From the IMG/VR virus record IMGVR_UViG_3300009111_000006: a stretch of DNA of 57,871 nt; one strand, written 5' to 3'. Below the pieces are notes generated by a model. The model had not been told where the DNA came from, did no database searches, and worked only from the letters and a program-made list of their open reading frames with translations. The number at the start of each line of letters is the position of its first letter. The stretch's first letter is position 1. The position numbers and the translations under genes are program-made. Shown in pieces: positions 9,501-20,174 of this stretch. Origin of the DNA: a virus.

Positions 9501-12016
9501 TGGGTGAACTCGAACAGATTGGCGTAGAGGCAATTGTCGAAGGCTTATCAAACTTTGCCGGAGACATGCAGACCATGCAGAAATCCTTCGAAGGGGTTTC
9601 CAGCAGCTCTACGTTTCTTGAGCAGGCATTAGGGATGGCCGGAGATGCTTTACAGAGCTTCGGCGATTTTATTGTTCATATTGCGGAGTACACAATCGGG
9701 GGACTACTGAAGGATGCCATCCAGGGCATCATTGGATATATCGATGACATGATCAAGGGCACAATCGAGGCTGGAAGCGAATTCCAGACCCTTGAACTGC
9801 GCCTGCAAGGTCTGAACACATATGAGTTATCTAAGTCGGTTGGGGATTACAACACTGCGGCAGCGCAGGCTGTGGAAGTAACAAGGGAACAGCTTGAATG
9901 GTTGCAGAAACTGGCTGTCACGACCCCTTATGATGCGACAGACATTGCCAATGTGTACACCCTGGCACGATCCTACGGGTTCGTGGATGAAGAAAGCCGC
10001 TCGCTTACCGAGTCGATCACAAACTTTGCTGCAGGCATGGGACTCGGAAATGAACAAATCGAACGCATCATTATCAACTTCGGACAGATGCAACAGCAGG
10101 GAAAGATTACCACGCGGGAGTTGACCGACCTGGCGCGTGGTGCTTTTGTGCCTGTCAATGACATCATGGAAAAAGTCATTGACAATATGCAAAAATCTGG
10201 CGGAGTGAGTTCAGCTTTCGCGGATGAGATTGCAAAACTTTCAGATAAGCTCAAGGGATACGAAGAGCAACTAATAATTGCAGAAAAACGCCAACAGGAA
10301 TTTGGAGATACAACCAAAGAATCTGTGCGCATGGCGAACCAGGCGAAGATCGATGACCTAAAGCAAAAGATTGCTGAAACAACAGCAGAGATTGCTGAAT
10401 ACAATAATGCAGCCAGCGGCACCGGCGAAATCACCAAAGAAATGTTCGACAAGATGAAAAAAGCTGGCATCCCAGCAGAAGAATTCATCAAAGCGTTTAT
10501 TGAAACAACAGGAGAGCGTTTCCCGGAAGCTGGAAAGAAGATGGCTCGCACTCTGGAAGGTGCAACCAACAACCTGCAAGACCTTGCAAAGAGTATTCTC
10601 GGCCTGGACGTAGTCAAGCCCATCTTCGATGTACTCGGCGGGAAAATTGCTGATTTTGTAGATTCGTTCTCATCCACAGAGAAATTCGATCAGTTTACGG
10701 CAGCAGCTCAAGGCGTTGGTCTTGCCATCGCAGATATACTGGAAAAAGTTCTTGGACTTGCACCAAGTTCAGAGTCGCTCGTTGATAACATCATTCTTGG
10801 GCTACAAAACTTATCAGCTTGGCTTACCGAGAACAGTGACTCGATTGTGCAGTGGGCAAAAGACCTGGGCGACTGGATTGCCAATGTTGTCGTTCCGGCA
10901 ATCCGTGATCAGCTTGTACCATGGATACGGGATGAACTTGTGCCTGCAATTGCCAGCTTCATAAGTTGGATATGGGATCATCGCGAAGGGATCATGAATT
11001 TCTTCGCGCAAATTGCACTGCTGATTATCAATAACTTGGTTCCTTTTATTCGTGACCAACTTATCCCGGCTGTGCAAACCCTGATTGGGTGGTTGACAGA
11101 GCACTGGGACGAAATCTTGCCATGGCTTATCCTGGTTGTTCAGGGATTTATTGCTTTTGAAATCATCATGACTGTTGTGAAATGGGTATCGGCGCTTATT
11201 GCTGGATTTCTTGGTTTTGTGGCAGTAGTTGTCGGGACGATTGTAAGCTTATTGTCGGTCGGGAAAACAATTGTCGAAGTTGGGGTTTTCTTGCTCGGAT
11301 TGCTCGCGAACGTCATGCTGATCAAGTTTGCATTTGATTTATGGCAGCAAGCGGTCGATACCGCCGCAAGAGTTATTGCGCTTGTACTGAACAATCTCGC
11401 TCGAGATTTACGCGACAACATCAATGTGATCAAATACTACCTCGACTCGGGAGACTGGTTTCATGCTGGTCAAGCTGTAATCTTGTCAATCATCGAGGGA
11501 CTTTATTCGGTTCTGGGAAGTCTTGGGTATGTTGGCCAACAGATTGCCAATGCGGTTGGCGGAAATCTCGATGGAGAACTTTGGAGATTTTATTATTTTG
11601 GCGCAAACATCGTGAACGGCATCATCGAGGGCATCAACGGGAATGTTGGCGCACTTTCGGATGCACTTGTCAACGCTGCGCAGCAGGCATGGAACCAGTT
11701 CACGGAATTCTGGCAGATGAACTCTCCGAGCAAGTTGTCCGACAAGGGCGGAGAAAACATCATGGTCGGTCTGGTCAACGGTATCACGGATAAAATATCT
11801 GCAGCGCAGGCGGCGATGTCGAAAGCTGCGTCAAGTATTGCAATGCCGATGATGGAACTTCCATCGGTAGCGCAGTCCATGTCGGTGGCAGCACCATCGA
11901 CCGTAAGCACAAATTACCAGACGACGAATAACATGAATTTGACGATCAACTCGTCTGCGAACACAGAACCAATCATCCAGGATTACAATATGCTGAGTAG
12001 TCTTGCAGGAGCATAA
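9500..12016 (+). CDS. Tape measure protein
   Basis: 838 aa, helical and low-complexity, with an internal hydrophobic block (WLILVVQGFIAFEIIMTVV...). Canonical position. Confidence 0.85.
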   Translation: MGELEQIGVEAIVEGLSNFAGDMQTMQKSFEGVSSSSTFLEQALGMAGDALQSFGDFIVHIAEYTIGGLLKDAIQGIIGYIDDMIKGTIEAGSEFQTLELRLQGLNTYELSKSVGDYNTAAAQAVEVTREQLEWLQKLAVTTPYDATDIANVYTLARSYGFVDEESRSLTESITNFAAGMGLGNEQIERIIINFGQMQQQGKITTRELTDLARGAFVPVNDIMEKVIDNMQKSGGVSSAFADEIAKLSDKLKGYEEQLIIAEKRQQEFGDTTKESVRMANQAKIDDLKQKIAETTAEIAEYNNAASGTGEITKEMFDKMKKAGIPAEEFIKAFIETTGERFPEAGKKMARTLEGATNNLQDLAKSILGLDVVKPIFDVLGGKIADFVDSFSSTEKFDQFTAAAQGVGLAIADILEKVLGLAPSSESLVDNIILGLQNLSAWLTENSDSIVQWAKDLGDWIANVVVPAIRDQLVPWIRDELVPAIASFISWIWDHREGIMNFFAQIALLIINNLVPFIRDQLIPAVQTLIGWLTEHWDEILPWLILVVQGFIAFEIIMTVVKWVSALIAGFLGFVAVVVGTIVSLLSVGKTIVEVGVFLLGLLANVMLIKFAFDLWQQAVDTAARVIALVLNNLARDLRDNINVIKYYLDSGDWFHAGQAVILSIIEGLYSVLGSLGYVGQQIANAVGGNLDGELWRFYYFGANIVNGIIEGINGNVGALSDALVNAAQQAWNQFTEFWQMNSPSKLSDKGGENIMVGLVNGITDKISAAQAAMSKAASSIAMPMMELPSVAQSMSVAAPSTVSTNYQTTNNMNLTINSSANTEPIIQDYNMLSSLAGA

Positions 12017-14455
12017 ATGAGCGCATCCATACGCATCCTCGTCCCGGATGAGACCACAAACTATATCAAGAACCCGGCGATACGATACGACACGACCGGG
12101 CACATTGCCATAGGTAGTACCATCACGCGCACGCTTGACCGTGCGCGTTTCGGGATCGCATCCCTGAAAATCGTCACAAGTGGAAGTGCTTTTTACGAAG
12201 GTTCCTACTATCGCGTAAGTTGGTTGCAAGGCATCCAATCGCAGGTGACGGCCAGCGTTTATGTTCGCGGAGCTGGTTCTATTCGCATCCGATTGATTGA
12301 AGGTGCGAACCAGTGGTTTTCAGAGACCATCTTCCTGGATGATGTGCGCTGGCACAGGATTTCAGTGACCGGCAGGTGCTCGGGAAGCAACGATGTACGC
12401 CTGTACGTTGAAACAAGCCTGAAAGCACAGGCAGTGACTTTTTACGCGGATGGTTTCCAGCTTGAACCAAATGGATACGTAACTACCTATTGCGATGGCG
12501 ATCAACAGAACTGCCTGTGGAATATCGTGGCGCATGGCAGCATTTCGACCAGGCCATTTGACACTCGCAGTGGCGGACGCTGGATTACACTGGTTGGCTG
12601 TGATCGCGTTGACAAGAATCTGTATGCCACCGTAGTTGGCGGGCTGGGCGTTGCCCCAATCCGAAATAACACGCAATCCTATGCAGACTCTCCGGGAAGT
12701 TACTTCCAGGACATCAAGGTTCTCGATCGCGTGATAACAATCACTTTTCATGCAAAATCTCCCGATCTGGCTCGGAAGAAGGATGTCAGCCTGCAAGACT
12801 TGCACGAGCTGCGCGAGATGCTTTTTGACATCATAAAGCCGGATAAGACGATCGGCGGAGAAGAATTCGTTATTGAGTACCAGGATGGCGGCGAGCCGAT
12901 ATATGTTCGGGCGCGGTACGAAGCCGGTCTGGAAGGCGAATGGGACATGCGTAACCGCTGGGAGATGTCCTTCCCGGTCAGGTTTATTGCTGTGGCACCC
13001 TACATCTTCAGCGATGATCAGCAAGTATCCATGCTGGACATCAAAGAAACGGCAACCTATAATTACGTCATGGGACGCTTCGATGGTATCTGGCGTGAGC
13101 TAAATGGCGGCTTCGATAACTACGCAGTGGCTTTTGCCATCGGAAAGCGTGGAGAAATCTACGCAGTTGGTAACTTTGTGCGAGCAAACAACAAGACAAC
13201 TGCCATTGACCCGCAAATCCATGCGAACTTCATTGCTTATTGGGACGGTACTCAGTGGCAGCAACTTGGTACGGGCGCAAATGGTTTTGTGAACGGCATT
13301 GCGATCGCGCCGAATGGCAACGTTTATGTGGCTGGAAACTTCACGTCCATTGGTGGCGTGGCGGCAAACCGCGTTGCCGTGTGGAATGGCTCCGCGTGGG
13401 CAGCGATGGGAACCGGATTGAATAGCGCTGGGTTTGATGTGAAGGTTGCCCCAAGTGGCGATGTGTATGTTGGCGGATCGTTCACGCAGGCCGGGACAGT
13501 CCCTGCTTATTACTGCGCACGCTGGGACGGCAGCTCGTGGCATAACATGGGTCTGGAACTTGGGCTGAACAACTACGTGAATACAATTGCAATCAGCGCA
13601 GATGGAACGGTTGTCTATCTCGGTGGAGACTTCACGGACGAGTTTGGAAGCCCTGGAAACCTGGCGCTGAACTATGTTGCAGAATACGAACCGCTGTTCA
13701 ATCAGTTCTTTGAAATGGGAGACGGTTTTGACGACTCAGTCTATAAAATCGTGCTTTCGTCATCTAACACCCTGTATGCCTGCGGAGAGTTCCTATCATC
13801 CGGCGCACAGCCCATGCTGTACGTGTCCTACTGGAATGGTGGCGCGTGGTTTGGTCTTAGTTCAGGCGCGAATAACACGGTACGCGACATCGATGTGAAT
13901 AGCCAGGGTGTACTGCTTGCCGTTGGCGATTTCACTCGCATTGGTAGCGTGGATGCACAGTATGCGGCCATGTGGAACGGTTCATCCTGGGTGAACCTGG
14001 ACACAGACATCACTGGGATTGGCTACGCAGTTGCCTTTGACGCGAAAGGGAACATTTTCTTGTCATTCAATGGCACAGTAGCTGATAGCGCAGCAATCAC
14101 CACCGTGAACAACATCAGCACGGCTGAGACATCCCCAAAGATATACATTCTTGGGCCAGGCACTCTGCGATGGATTGAGAACCAGACAACCAAGAAACGT
14201 GTTTATGCTGACCTGAACATCCTAAATGACGAGGAAGTCCTTGTGGACTTTGCGCAGGGAAAGGTGATCAGCAGCATTCGTAGCGACCTCGCTTATGCCA
14301 TCTCGCCCGGGTCAGATGTGCGTGCCTGGACGCTCCTGCCAGGCCAAAACAAGATTGCTGTGCTGATGGATAATGATGTTGACGCTTTGATGCAAATCTC
14401 TTACACTCCACGCCATTGGAGTGCAGATGCTATGTATGATCAGGATGGTGTATAG
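12017..14455 (+). CDS. Distal-tail/baseplate protein carrying a multi-blade beta-propeller insertion
   Basis: It follows the tape measure gene. About 60-aa repeats of the form W(D/N)G..W..(M/L)G.G.N..V.....G.VYVGG.F (delta-60/DUF5122-like). Confidence 0.65.
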   Translation: MSASIRILVPDETTNYIKNPAIRYDTTGHIAIGSTITRTLDRARFGIASLKIVTSGSAFYEGSYYRVSWLQGIQSQVTASVYVRGAGSIRIRLIEGANQWFSETIFLDDVRWHRISVTGRCSGSNDVRLYVETSLKAQAVTFYADGFQLEPNGYVTTYCDGDQQNCLWNIVAHGSISTRPFDTRSGGRWITLVGCDRVDKNLYATVVGGLGVAPIRNNTQSYADSPGSYFQDIKVLDRVITITFHAKSPDLARKKDVSLQDLHELREMLFDIIKPDKTIGGEEFVIEYQDGGEPIYVRARYEAGLEGEWDMRNRWEMSFPVRFIAVAPYIFSDDQQVSMLDIKETATYNYVMGRFDGIWRELNGGFDNYAVAFAIGKRGEIYAVGNFVRANNKTTAIDPQIHANFIAYWDGTQWQQLGTGANGFVNGIAIAPNGNVYVAGNFTSIGGVAANRVAVWNGSAWAAMGTGLNSAGFDVKVAPSGDVYVGGSFTQAGTVPAYYCARWDGSSWHNMGLELGLNNYVNTIAISADGTVVYLGGDFTDEFGSPGNLALNYVAEYEPLFNQFFEMGDGFDDSVYKIVLSSSNTLYACGEFLSSGAQPMLYVSYWNGGAWFGLSSGANNTVRDIDVNSQGVLLAVGDFTRIGSVDAQYAAMWNGSSWVNLDTDITGIGYAVAFDAKGNIFLSFNGTVADSAAITTVNNISTAETSPKIYILGPGTLRWIENQTTKKRVYADLNILNDEEVLVDFAQGKVISSIRSDLAYAISPGSDVRAWTLLPGQNKIAVLMDNDVDALMQISYTPRHWSADAMYDQDGV

Positions 14456-15735
14456 TGGCGACATACGAGTTCTGGCTTTTGGATGATACTGGGCGCAGAA
14501 TGATGTTGCTTGAAGGATATACTTACGCGGCATACTCCCGAAGCGTATCGGGATTTGGAACATTCGAGATCGGTTTCCCGTACCAGGAGTTTTCCAAGAA
14601 AATCTCACCCATCTTTCGCCCTGACTGGCGCATCGATGTATGGCGTTCACCGGCACCCGGAATTCCCATGCGCCGGGAACAAACCTACCTGTTGCGAATG
14701 CACAAGATTGACACGCGCACGGATGGCGTTCAAATCTTGAAATACTATTGCCGGGATCCAAAAGACTTGCTCAATCGCCGCTATGTTCTCCAGGCGGCTG
14801 GACTTTCATTCACGCGCAAAACAGACTACATCGATGACATGATGAAAGCGATTGTGCGCGAACAAATGTTATATGGCAATGCGCTTGACCCGGATGGCGT
14901 GCTTGACCCGGATCGCGCTTTTCCAACCGGGGAATTCCTGGTGCAAGCCAACCAATCTTTGGGCCCATCGTTTACCTATAACTTCTCAGACCGGAATGTG
15001 CTGGACATCCTGAAAGAATTGCAGGATGCGAGTTTCCAGCTTGCGCTGGACAATATTGGTTATGAACGGATTTACTTCGATGTAGTCCCTTATGAACTAA
15101 AGGGACTCGTGGAAGAAATCCTTGATGAGCAAGACCCAACCAGCCCAATCCTGGATGAGATGGGCATGGCGTTACTGGATGAACTTTCGCTGATCGTTTC
15201 CACTGAACTTGGTTTCCGCTTCGAGACCTACTCCGGCTTGCGCGGCAAAGACCGCACGCAGGGTGTTATTTTCAGCGTAGAGAACAACAACCTGCTTGCC
15301 CCATTCTACTCCCTGAGTCACCTGGAAGAAGTGAACACGGTCATCGTCAAAGGCTTCGGGCGTGGCGACAGCCGGGCGCACGTGACAGTGCAGAACGATG
15401 TCCTAATTTCACAGTCCAGGTGGGCGCGTTATGAGAGTTTCAAGGACGGCAGCGACGAGCCTGACCAGAACCTGCTCGAGAACCTCGGGCAGGAAGTGCT
15501 GTACAAGGGAAAGCCGGAAGAAGAATTCTCCGCCGAATTCCTGAATGTGCCAGGTGGCCCAGATTCTCCACGCAGTCTGTATGCGGTTGACTGGGACTTG
15601 GGCGACTTACTACCTGTCCGTTATGCCGGAAAGAGCTTCGATGTGGAAGTAGATATCGTTTACATAGCAATCAGCGAGGACGGCAAGGAAACAATCTCGG
15701 GAAGGAGTCGTTCCAATGCCATCGCTACGTCATGA
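14455..15735 (+). CDS. Minor tail protein (ReqiPepy6 Gp37-like / Tal-position protein)
   Basis: GTG start overlapping the upstream stop. The N-terminus YEFWLLDDTGRRMMLLEGYTYAAYSRSVSGFGTFE is typical of that family as I recall it. Confidence 0.55.
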   Translation: MATYEFWLLDDTGRRMMLLEGYTYAAYSRSVSGFGTFEIGFPYQEFSKKISPIFRPDWRIDVWRSPAPGIPMRREQTYLLRMHKIDTRTDGVQILKYYCRDPKDLLNRRYVLQAAGLSFTRKTDYIDDMMKAIVREQMLYGNALDPDGVLDPDRAFPTGEFLVQANQSLGPSFTYNFSDRNVLDILKELQDASFQLALDNIGYERIYFDVVPYELKGLVEEILDEQDPTSPILDEMGMALLDELSLIVSTELGFRFETYSGLRGKDRTQGVIFSVENNNLLAPFYSLSHLEEVNTVIVKGFGRGDSRAHVTVQNDVLISQSRWARYESFKDGSDEPDQNLLENLGQEVLYKGKPEEEFSAEFLNVPGGPDSPRSLYAVDWDLGDLLPVRYAGKSFDVEVDIVYIAISEDGKETISGRSRSNAIATS

Positions 15736-17035
15736 TGATATTCTCTTGCGGTTGATCAAAGACATGAACGATGTACGGTCTGCGCTCCGAAAAGTGGTGG
15801 CAAATCTTCCTTTGTATGATATTGCTAACGAGAATACGCCTGCGCAGTTGACTTCGAATCAAAATAACTACATTCCGGGGAATTATGATGTTTTGATGTT
15901 GAGTTCATCCCAGAATGTTGTCATAACGGGAATTGCAAATGGAGTAAAGGGACGCAGGTTGCAGTTATTTAATGTTGGAAATTATCCAATTATTCTTTCT
16001 CACGAAAGTCTAGATTCCATAGCTGCAAATAGGTTCAGATTCCAAACCGGATTTGCTTCAGCCATAGAACCTGATACAAATCTGACTGTTTATTATTACA
16101 AAGCGGATCAGCGATGGGTAGCCGGGACTGAAATTCTTGATATTGCTGGAAGGTGGACGAGTAGAACATGCCCAACTGGACAATGGAATGATGTTGTATG
16201 GGCGGAAGCGCTGGGTCTTTTTGTTGCAGTTGGGACTGGCCCAACAAACTATGTGATGACATCTCCAGATGGAATTGTTTGGACGGCACAAACTGCGCCT
16301 GCACCCGGAGGTGGTTCTACCGGATGGCTCGGAGTAACATGGTCCGAAGATTTGAATTTGCTTGTTGCTGTCGGTACCGGCACTACGAACAGAATAATAA
16401 CGTCGCCAGATGGAATAAATTGGACTGCGCAAACTCCGGCTTTTTCAACAACTCTTTATAGCGTTGCGTGGTCTCCGTCGCTTGGAATGTTCGTGATCTG
16501 CGGAGGCGATCACTCGACAAGCTCAACGTCGAACAAAATCATGACATCCACAAACGGCACGGTCTGGACAGCTCAAACAAGTGCGCTGACTGCCGGATGG
16601 TTCGATATTGTATGGTCTCCAGAATTGGCGATGTTTGTCGTTGTAGGAGAGTCTGGAACAAATGCCGTTGCAACTTCAACAAATGGAACGGCCTGGACAG
16701 GAAGATATAATAGCGCCACGGATGTCGGTTGCATTGTCTGGTCTCCCGAACTAGGTGTATTTGTTTCAGGGTTTTCTTTTTCGTCTGGAGGGCTAATTTC
16801 CTATGATGGAATAAATTGGTCTAACCCCGGAGGGGTTCCGAGAATGACCGACGTTGCATGGTCCCCAGAACTAGGAATATTCCTGAGCGTAGACACGTTC
16901 TCAAGTTCATATTACTCAATAAGTGGATTAACATGGGTAGCAGGTTCTACGATAGTTACGAATGGGATTTGCTGGTCATCCATCAAGAACACTTTTGTGA
17001 GCGTTGGAAATAACTTGGTATATACATCACCATAA
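15716..17035 (+). CDS. Tail fibre/receptor-binding protein with a repeat propeller
   Basis: At least six repeats of TS(P/T)(D/N)G..WTAQT ... W(S)(P/E)(E/S)L..FV.VG. Confidence 0.6.
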   Translation: MPSLRHDDILLRLIKDMNDVRSALRKVVANLPLYDIANENTPAQLTSNQNNYIPGNYDVLMLSSSQNVVITGIANGVKGRRLQLFNVGNYPIILSHESLDSIAANRFRFQTGFASAIEPDTNLTVYYYKADQRWVAGTEILDIAGRWTSRTCPTGQWNDVVWAEALGLFVAVGTGPTNYVMTSPDGIVWTAQTAPAPGGGSTGWLGVTWSEDLNLLVAVGTGTTNRIITSPDGINWTAQTPAFSTTLYSVAWSPSLGMFVICGGDHSTSSTSNKIMTSTNGTVWTAQTSALTAGWFDIVWSPELAMFVVVGESGTNAVATSTNGTAWTGRYNSATDVGCIVWSPELGVFVSGFSFSSGGLISYDGINWSNPGGVPRMTDVAWSPELGIFLSVDTFSSSYYSISGLTWVAGSTIVTNGICWSSIKNTFVSVGNNLVYTSP

Positions 17036-17038
17036 CCT

Positions 17039-18508
17039 ATGGCAAAGATTTCTGCTTATCCCGATGGAGGTTCTCCGCAAAACTCTGACAATTTCATCGT
17101 TGCCAGGGCTGGTCGAAATTTCAAGTTACTCTGGTCTTCTATCGTGTCTGGATTGCAGACGACGCTGACCATTATCGAGTCGATGTTTTCTTTCTCGGAC
17201 ATTACCACGGCAAACTCGAGTACGACAAAGCACGGACTATTGCCAAAACTTAGTGGAGAAGCTGGTCAGTATTTGGGCGGGGATGGAAACTGGTACGACC
17301 TTCCGATAGTTTTAAATCTTTTCCTGGATAATACAGCCAGCAGCATTGCCGGGTACAAAACGCTTACCCAGACCAGACCTGTTGCTGCCGAAACAAATGT
17401 GAGCGCCAGTATACCTGCGGCGAATACCGTCATCGAAGAATTCGCGGCGGCGGCAGATCAGTTTGCATTCATAAGCGCTTCCGTTCTGCACATTCATGTT
17501 CATTTGGCAAAGACGGCAGGTGTAAAGACAGCAACGGCAAGCGTGAGTGTTTACCATAGAACCAGCGGCGGAACAGAAACACTGCTTGGATCGTCTGCGC
17601 AGACAGGGAACCTATCTGGAAGCAGCACGCCATACGACTTGGATGTTTCCGTACCAGACACAGCGTTCGCATCCACCGACCGGCTGGTTATAAAGTTCTT
17701 TGGGACTCCTGGAGGAGCGGGTACTGATCCGACTGTAGCTGTATACTTCCAAGGGTCAACAGATAGTCGTATTGAAATAGGAACATCCCCTTCCCTTTCA
17801 GGATATGCTCCGCTTGCATCGCCAGCGTTTACCGGGGTTCCTACTGCTCCAACGGCTGCGCAAGGAACAAATACAACACAAGTAGCTACCCAAGCGGCTG
17901 TTATTCAGGAAAAACTTGCTTTTGCTACGTCTGGAACCGATGTCTGGCGCGTTGGAACATCTCCGGGAGGTGTATCAGCTTTTTCTGGGACAATAGCATC
18001 TATTGCGGCTGACCGTCTATCCTTGACATACAATGTTGTCAGCGGGCAAGAGGGCGCAATGGTCGTTATTAGTACGAGTCAGTTGGCAAAGATGAGATTG
18101 TACAACACGACCAGGGGAAATTATGCTCTTATTAGCCAGAATGTTGTGGCGACAAACACAACTACCTTGACGGCGGCAGCTCCTGCAAACTGGCAAGTGG
18201 GCGACACAATCAATATAACAAGTCAGTTACCTGGTGGTGGAGCTGGATATGTTGACTTGGAAGTTACATCTGTGGTGAACGGGCGATCTGGTCTGATATT
18301 ATCTATATGGATAGCATCCGTAAATGTGAATGACGCATTCTGGGTTGTAGATGCGGCGGGTGGCTTTGCTGGATATATTGCGGAATCAGTCGCAAGTGCT
18401 TTGGTAAACTCCATAGCGTTTGTCACCCCCCAGTCATCCGCGTTTTCCGTGCAGTGGAATGGCTCCCCGACAACTCTTATTATCCGTTTATTAGGATACT
18501 TACCGTAA
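17039..18508 (+). CDS. Tail fibre protein
   Basis: LASPAFTGVPTAPTAAQGTNTTQVATQAAV is the classic fibre motif. Last gene of the late arm. Confidence 0.75.
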   Translation: MAKISAYPDGGSPQNSDNFIVARAGRNFKLLWSSIVSGLQTTLTIIESMFSFSDITTANSSTTKHGLLPKLSGEAGQYLGGDGNWYDLPIVLNLFLDNTASSIAGYKTLTQTRPVAAETNVSASIPAANTVIEEFAAAADQFAFISASVLHIHVHLAKTAGVKTATASVSVYHRTSGGTETLLGSSAQTGNLSGSSTPYDLDVSVPDTAFASTDRLVIKFFGTPGGAGTDPTVAVYFQGSTDSRIEIGTSPSLSGYAPLASPAFTGVPTAPTAAQGTNTTQVATQAAVIQEKLAFATSGTDVWRVGTSPGGVSAFSGTIASIAADRLSLTYNVVSGQEGAMVVISTSQLAKMRLYNTTRGNYALISQNVVATNTTTLTAAAPANWQVGDTINITSQLPGGGAGYVDLEVTSVVNGRSGLILSIWIASVNVNDAFWVVDAAGGFAGYIAESVASALVNSIAFVTPQSSAFSVQWNGSPTTLIIRLLGYLP

Positions 18509-18538
18509 AAAAGAGCCGGTTTCCCGGCTCTTTTTTTT
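18507..18538. terminator. Bidirectional intrinsic terminator between convergent arms
   Basis: AAAAAA-GAGCCGG-tttc-CCGGCTC-TTTTTTTT. Confidence 0.85.
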
Positions 18539-19844
18539 ATTTTGCTGCCATTCCTTCTACCGCGTATTGGTGCGCCTGAATGATTTCTTTCACGGCGACT
18601 TCGTCTGGTTTTTCATCGAAGTCGTTCCCGCTGATGTTCATAATTTTCAACAGGACGCGCACCTGGATGCACGAAATCGTGGTCGTGGATGGGTCTGCGC
18701 ACAGCCAATCCAGGAACTCATGGCGGAAAAGATTATTCCCTTTGAAACAATGCTTTCCAAGAATTCCTGCCAACACTTTGCGGTTATGGTCGCTAACTTC
18801 GCATTGCTTTCCACTTTCAGCGTAGTTCTTTTCGATAGCGGTGCAGGCATCCTGGAATTTGGACTTGAACATATCTGGGGCGTATGGACGATCAGAATTT
18901 GCTTTCTCCTGCTTTTTCTGCGGTTGCTGAACTGGCGACTGTGCTGTCTGCGCAGGCTTTGGTTCAGGTTCAGGATCGGGTTCTGCAACTCCAGTAACGC
19001 GCACCGGTTCTTCTTCCCATTCGCTATCGTAATCGGCCTGGTCTGGCTCTGGAAGTGCGCGTGTTTCCCCTTCCACGATCATGTTTTCCATAATCTTGCG
19101 GTCAATCATGAGATGGAATTTTCCAGTCCATTCCTGCGATGGGATAACGTGGCACATCCAGTCATCCATTTTTACTTTCTTCCCATCGATCTTCTTTGTT
19201 ATCTTTTCTTTACGCCGAAGAAGAACAAAGTAAATATCGCAGATTGATTTGTTATACCTTGCAGCTTGCTCTGAGTAAGCTGCAAGTTCCTCCGAGATCG
19301 ACACTATATCGTAAACAGAAGTTGTTACGAGCGTCAGATGGGCAGCTCTGCCAATTTCTGGAACAACGACTTTCAACCTGCCCTGCATATCAAGCATGAC
19401 CGGGTTGTTTTTTCCTCCGACATGCGCAACTGGCTTGTCAAGACGCGGACCTTCTTTGATAAGCTGTTCCCCAACCGCGTTTCTGGCAATGTAATCGCGA
19501 ATGCAGACTTCGCCAGTCTCGTAGTCGTAGAAATACTTCCAGCGTCCACCATCTGCAACATCCCCTGTTGCCTGCGCAATCATGCCGCCTTTGACATAGG
19601 CCTCGTAGTAAGCATCCCAAATCCTGGGAATGTCAGGATAAGGAAAGCGTATGTTTATCTCCCGAGGGTGGTCGCCATAGACGGCAATAAAAGCGTCTTT
19701 GGCTTCTTTTTCGTCTTCGCGAAATTCGACGCGAAAGTAATCGAGATTGGCTCCGGGAGCATTTGCTGTCTTAGGTGCTCCCTTGTGAATTTTTCCAATC
19801 TCCGTGAACATTCCGGCACGATCGGTGATATTTACAATGGGCAT
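18537..19844 (-). CDS. Hypothetical early protein (435 aa) with an acidic/Pro-rich linker. A DNA-binding or recombination role is possible.
   Basis: AGGAG RBS. First gene at the distal end of the - strand arm. I could not place the family. Confidence 0.55.
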   Translation of the reverse strand: MPIVNITDRAGMFTEIGKIHKGAPKTANAPGANLDYFRVEFREDEKEAKDAFIAVYGDHPREINIRFPYPDIPRIWDAYYEAYVKGGMIAQATGDVADGGRWKYFYDYETGEVCIRDYIARNAVGEQLIKEGPRLDKPVAHVGGKNNPVMLDMQGRLKVVVPEIGRAAHLTLVTTSVYDIVSISEELAAYSEQAARYNKSICDIYFVLLRRKEKITKKIDGKKVKMDDWMCHVIPSQEWTGKFHLMIDRKIMENMIVEGETRALPEPDQADYDSEWEEEPVRVTGVAEPDPEPEPKPAQTAQSPVQQPQKKQEKANSDRPYAPDMFKSKFQDACTAIEKNYAESGKQCEVSDHNRKVLAGILGKHCFKGNNLFRHEFLDWLCADPSTTTISCIQVRVLLKIMNISGNDFDEKPDEVAVKEIIQAHQYAVEGMAAK

Positions 19845-19853
19845 AGTATTCTC

Positions 19854-20174
19854 CTAAAATCCTAATTCTGAAAGAATGGCTTCTTGTGAAACTTTTTCCC
19901 TGCGCTTCATGTCCGGGAAGATGTCGCGCAGATTATTCCGAACTTCATGAAAAGCATAGCGAGCATTCTCCATAATGATACCTGGCGTATTTCGACTAAT
20001 ATGACCACTTACCTCGACAGACCTTCCGCACCCAGTACAAATAACTTGCACGTTCAGCTCGCCATCAAATTCAACAATGGTCAGGTCATTCCAGTCCTGG
20101 GCGCAAACGCGACTTTTCACAACGCGCTCGGCCTCCTGGCGAGAAAAACCAAATAACTCCCCTTCTAAACTCAT
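19854..20174 (-). CDS. Hypothetical protein with a CxxC motif
   Basis: ATGA coupling to the upstream gene. Confidence 0.5.
   Translation of the reverse strand: MSLEGELFGFSRQEAERVVKSRVCAQDWNDLTIVEFDGELNVQVICTGCGRSVEVSGHISRNTPGIIMENARYAFHEVRNNLRDIFPDMKRREKVSQEAILSELGF

Noticed and set aside
9973-10677. 234-aa ORF on the - strand
   Set aside because: It is antisense within the tape measure gene. It is a low-complexity, Ser-rich shadow ORF.
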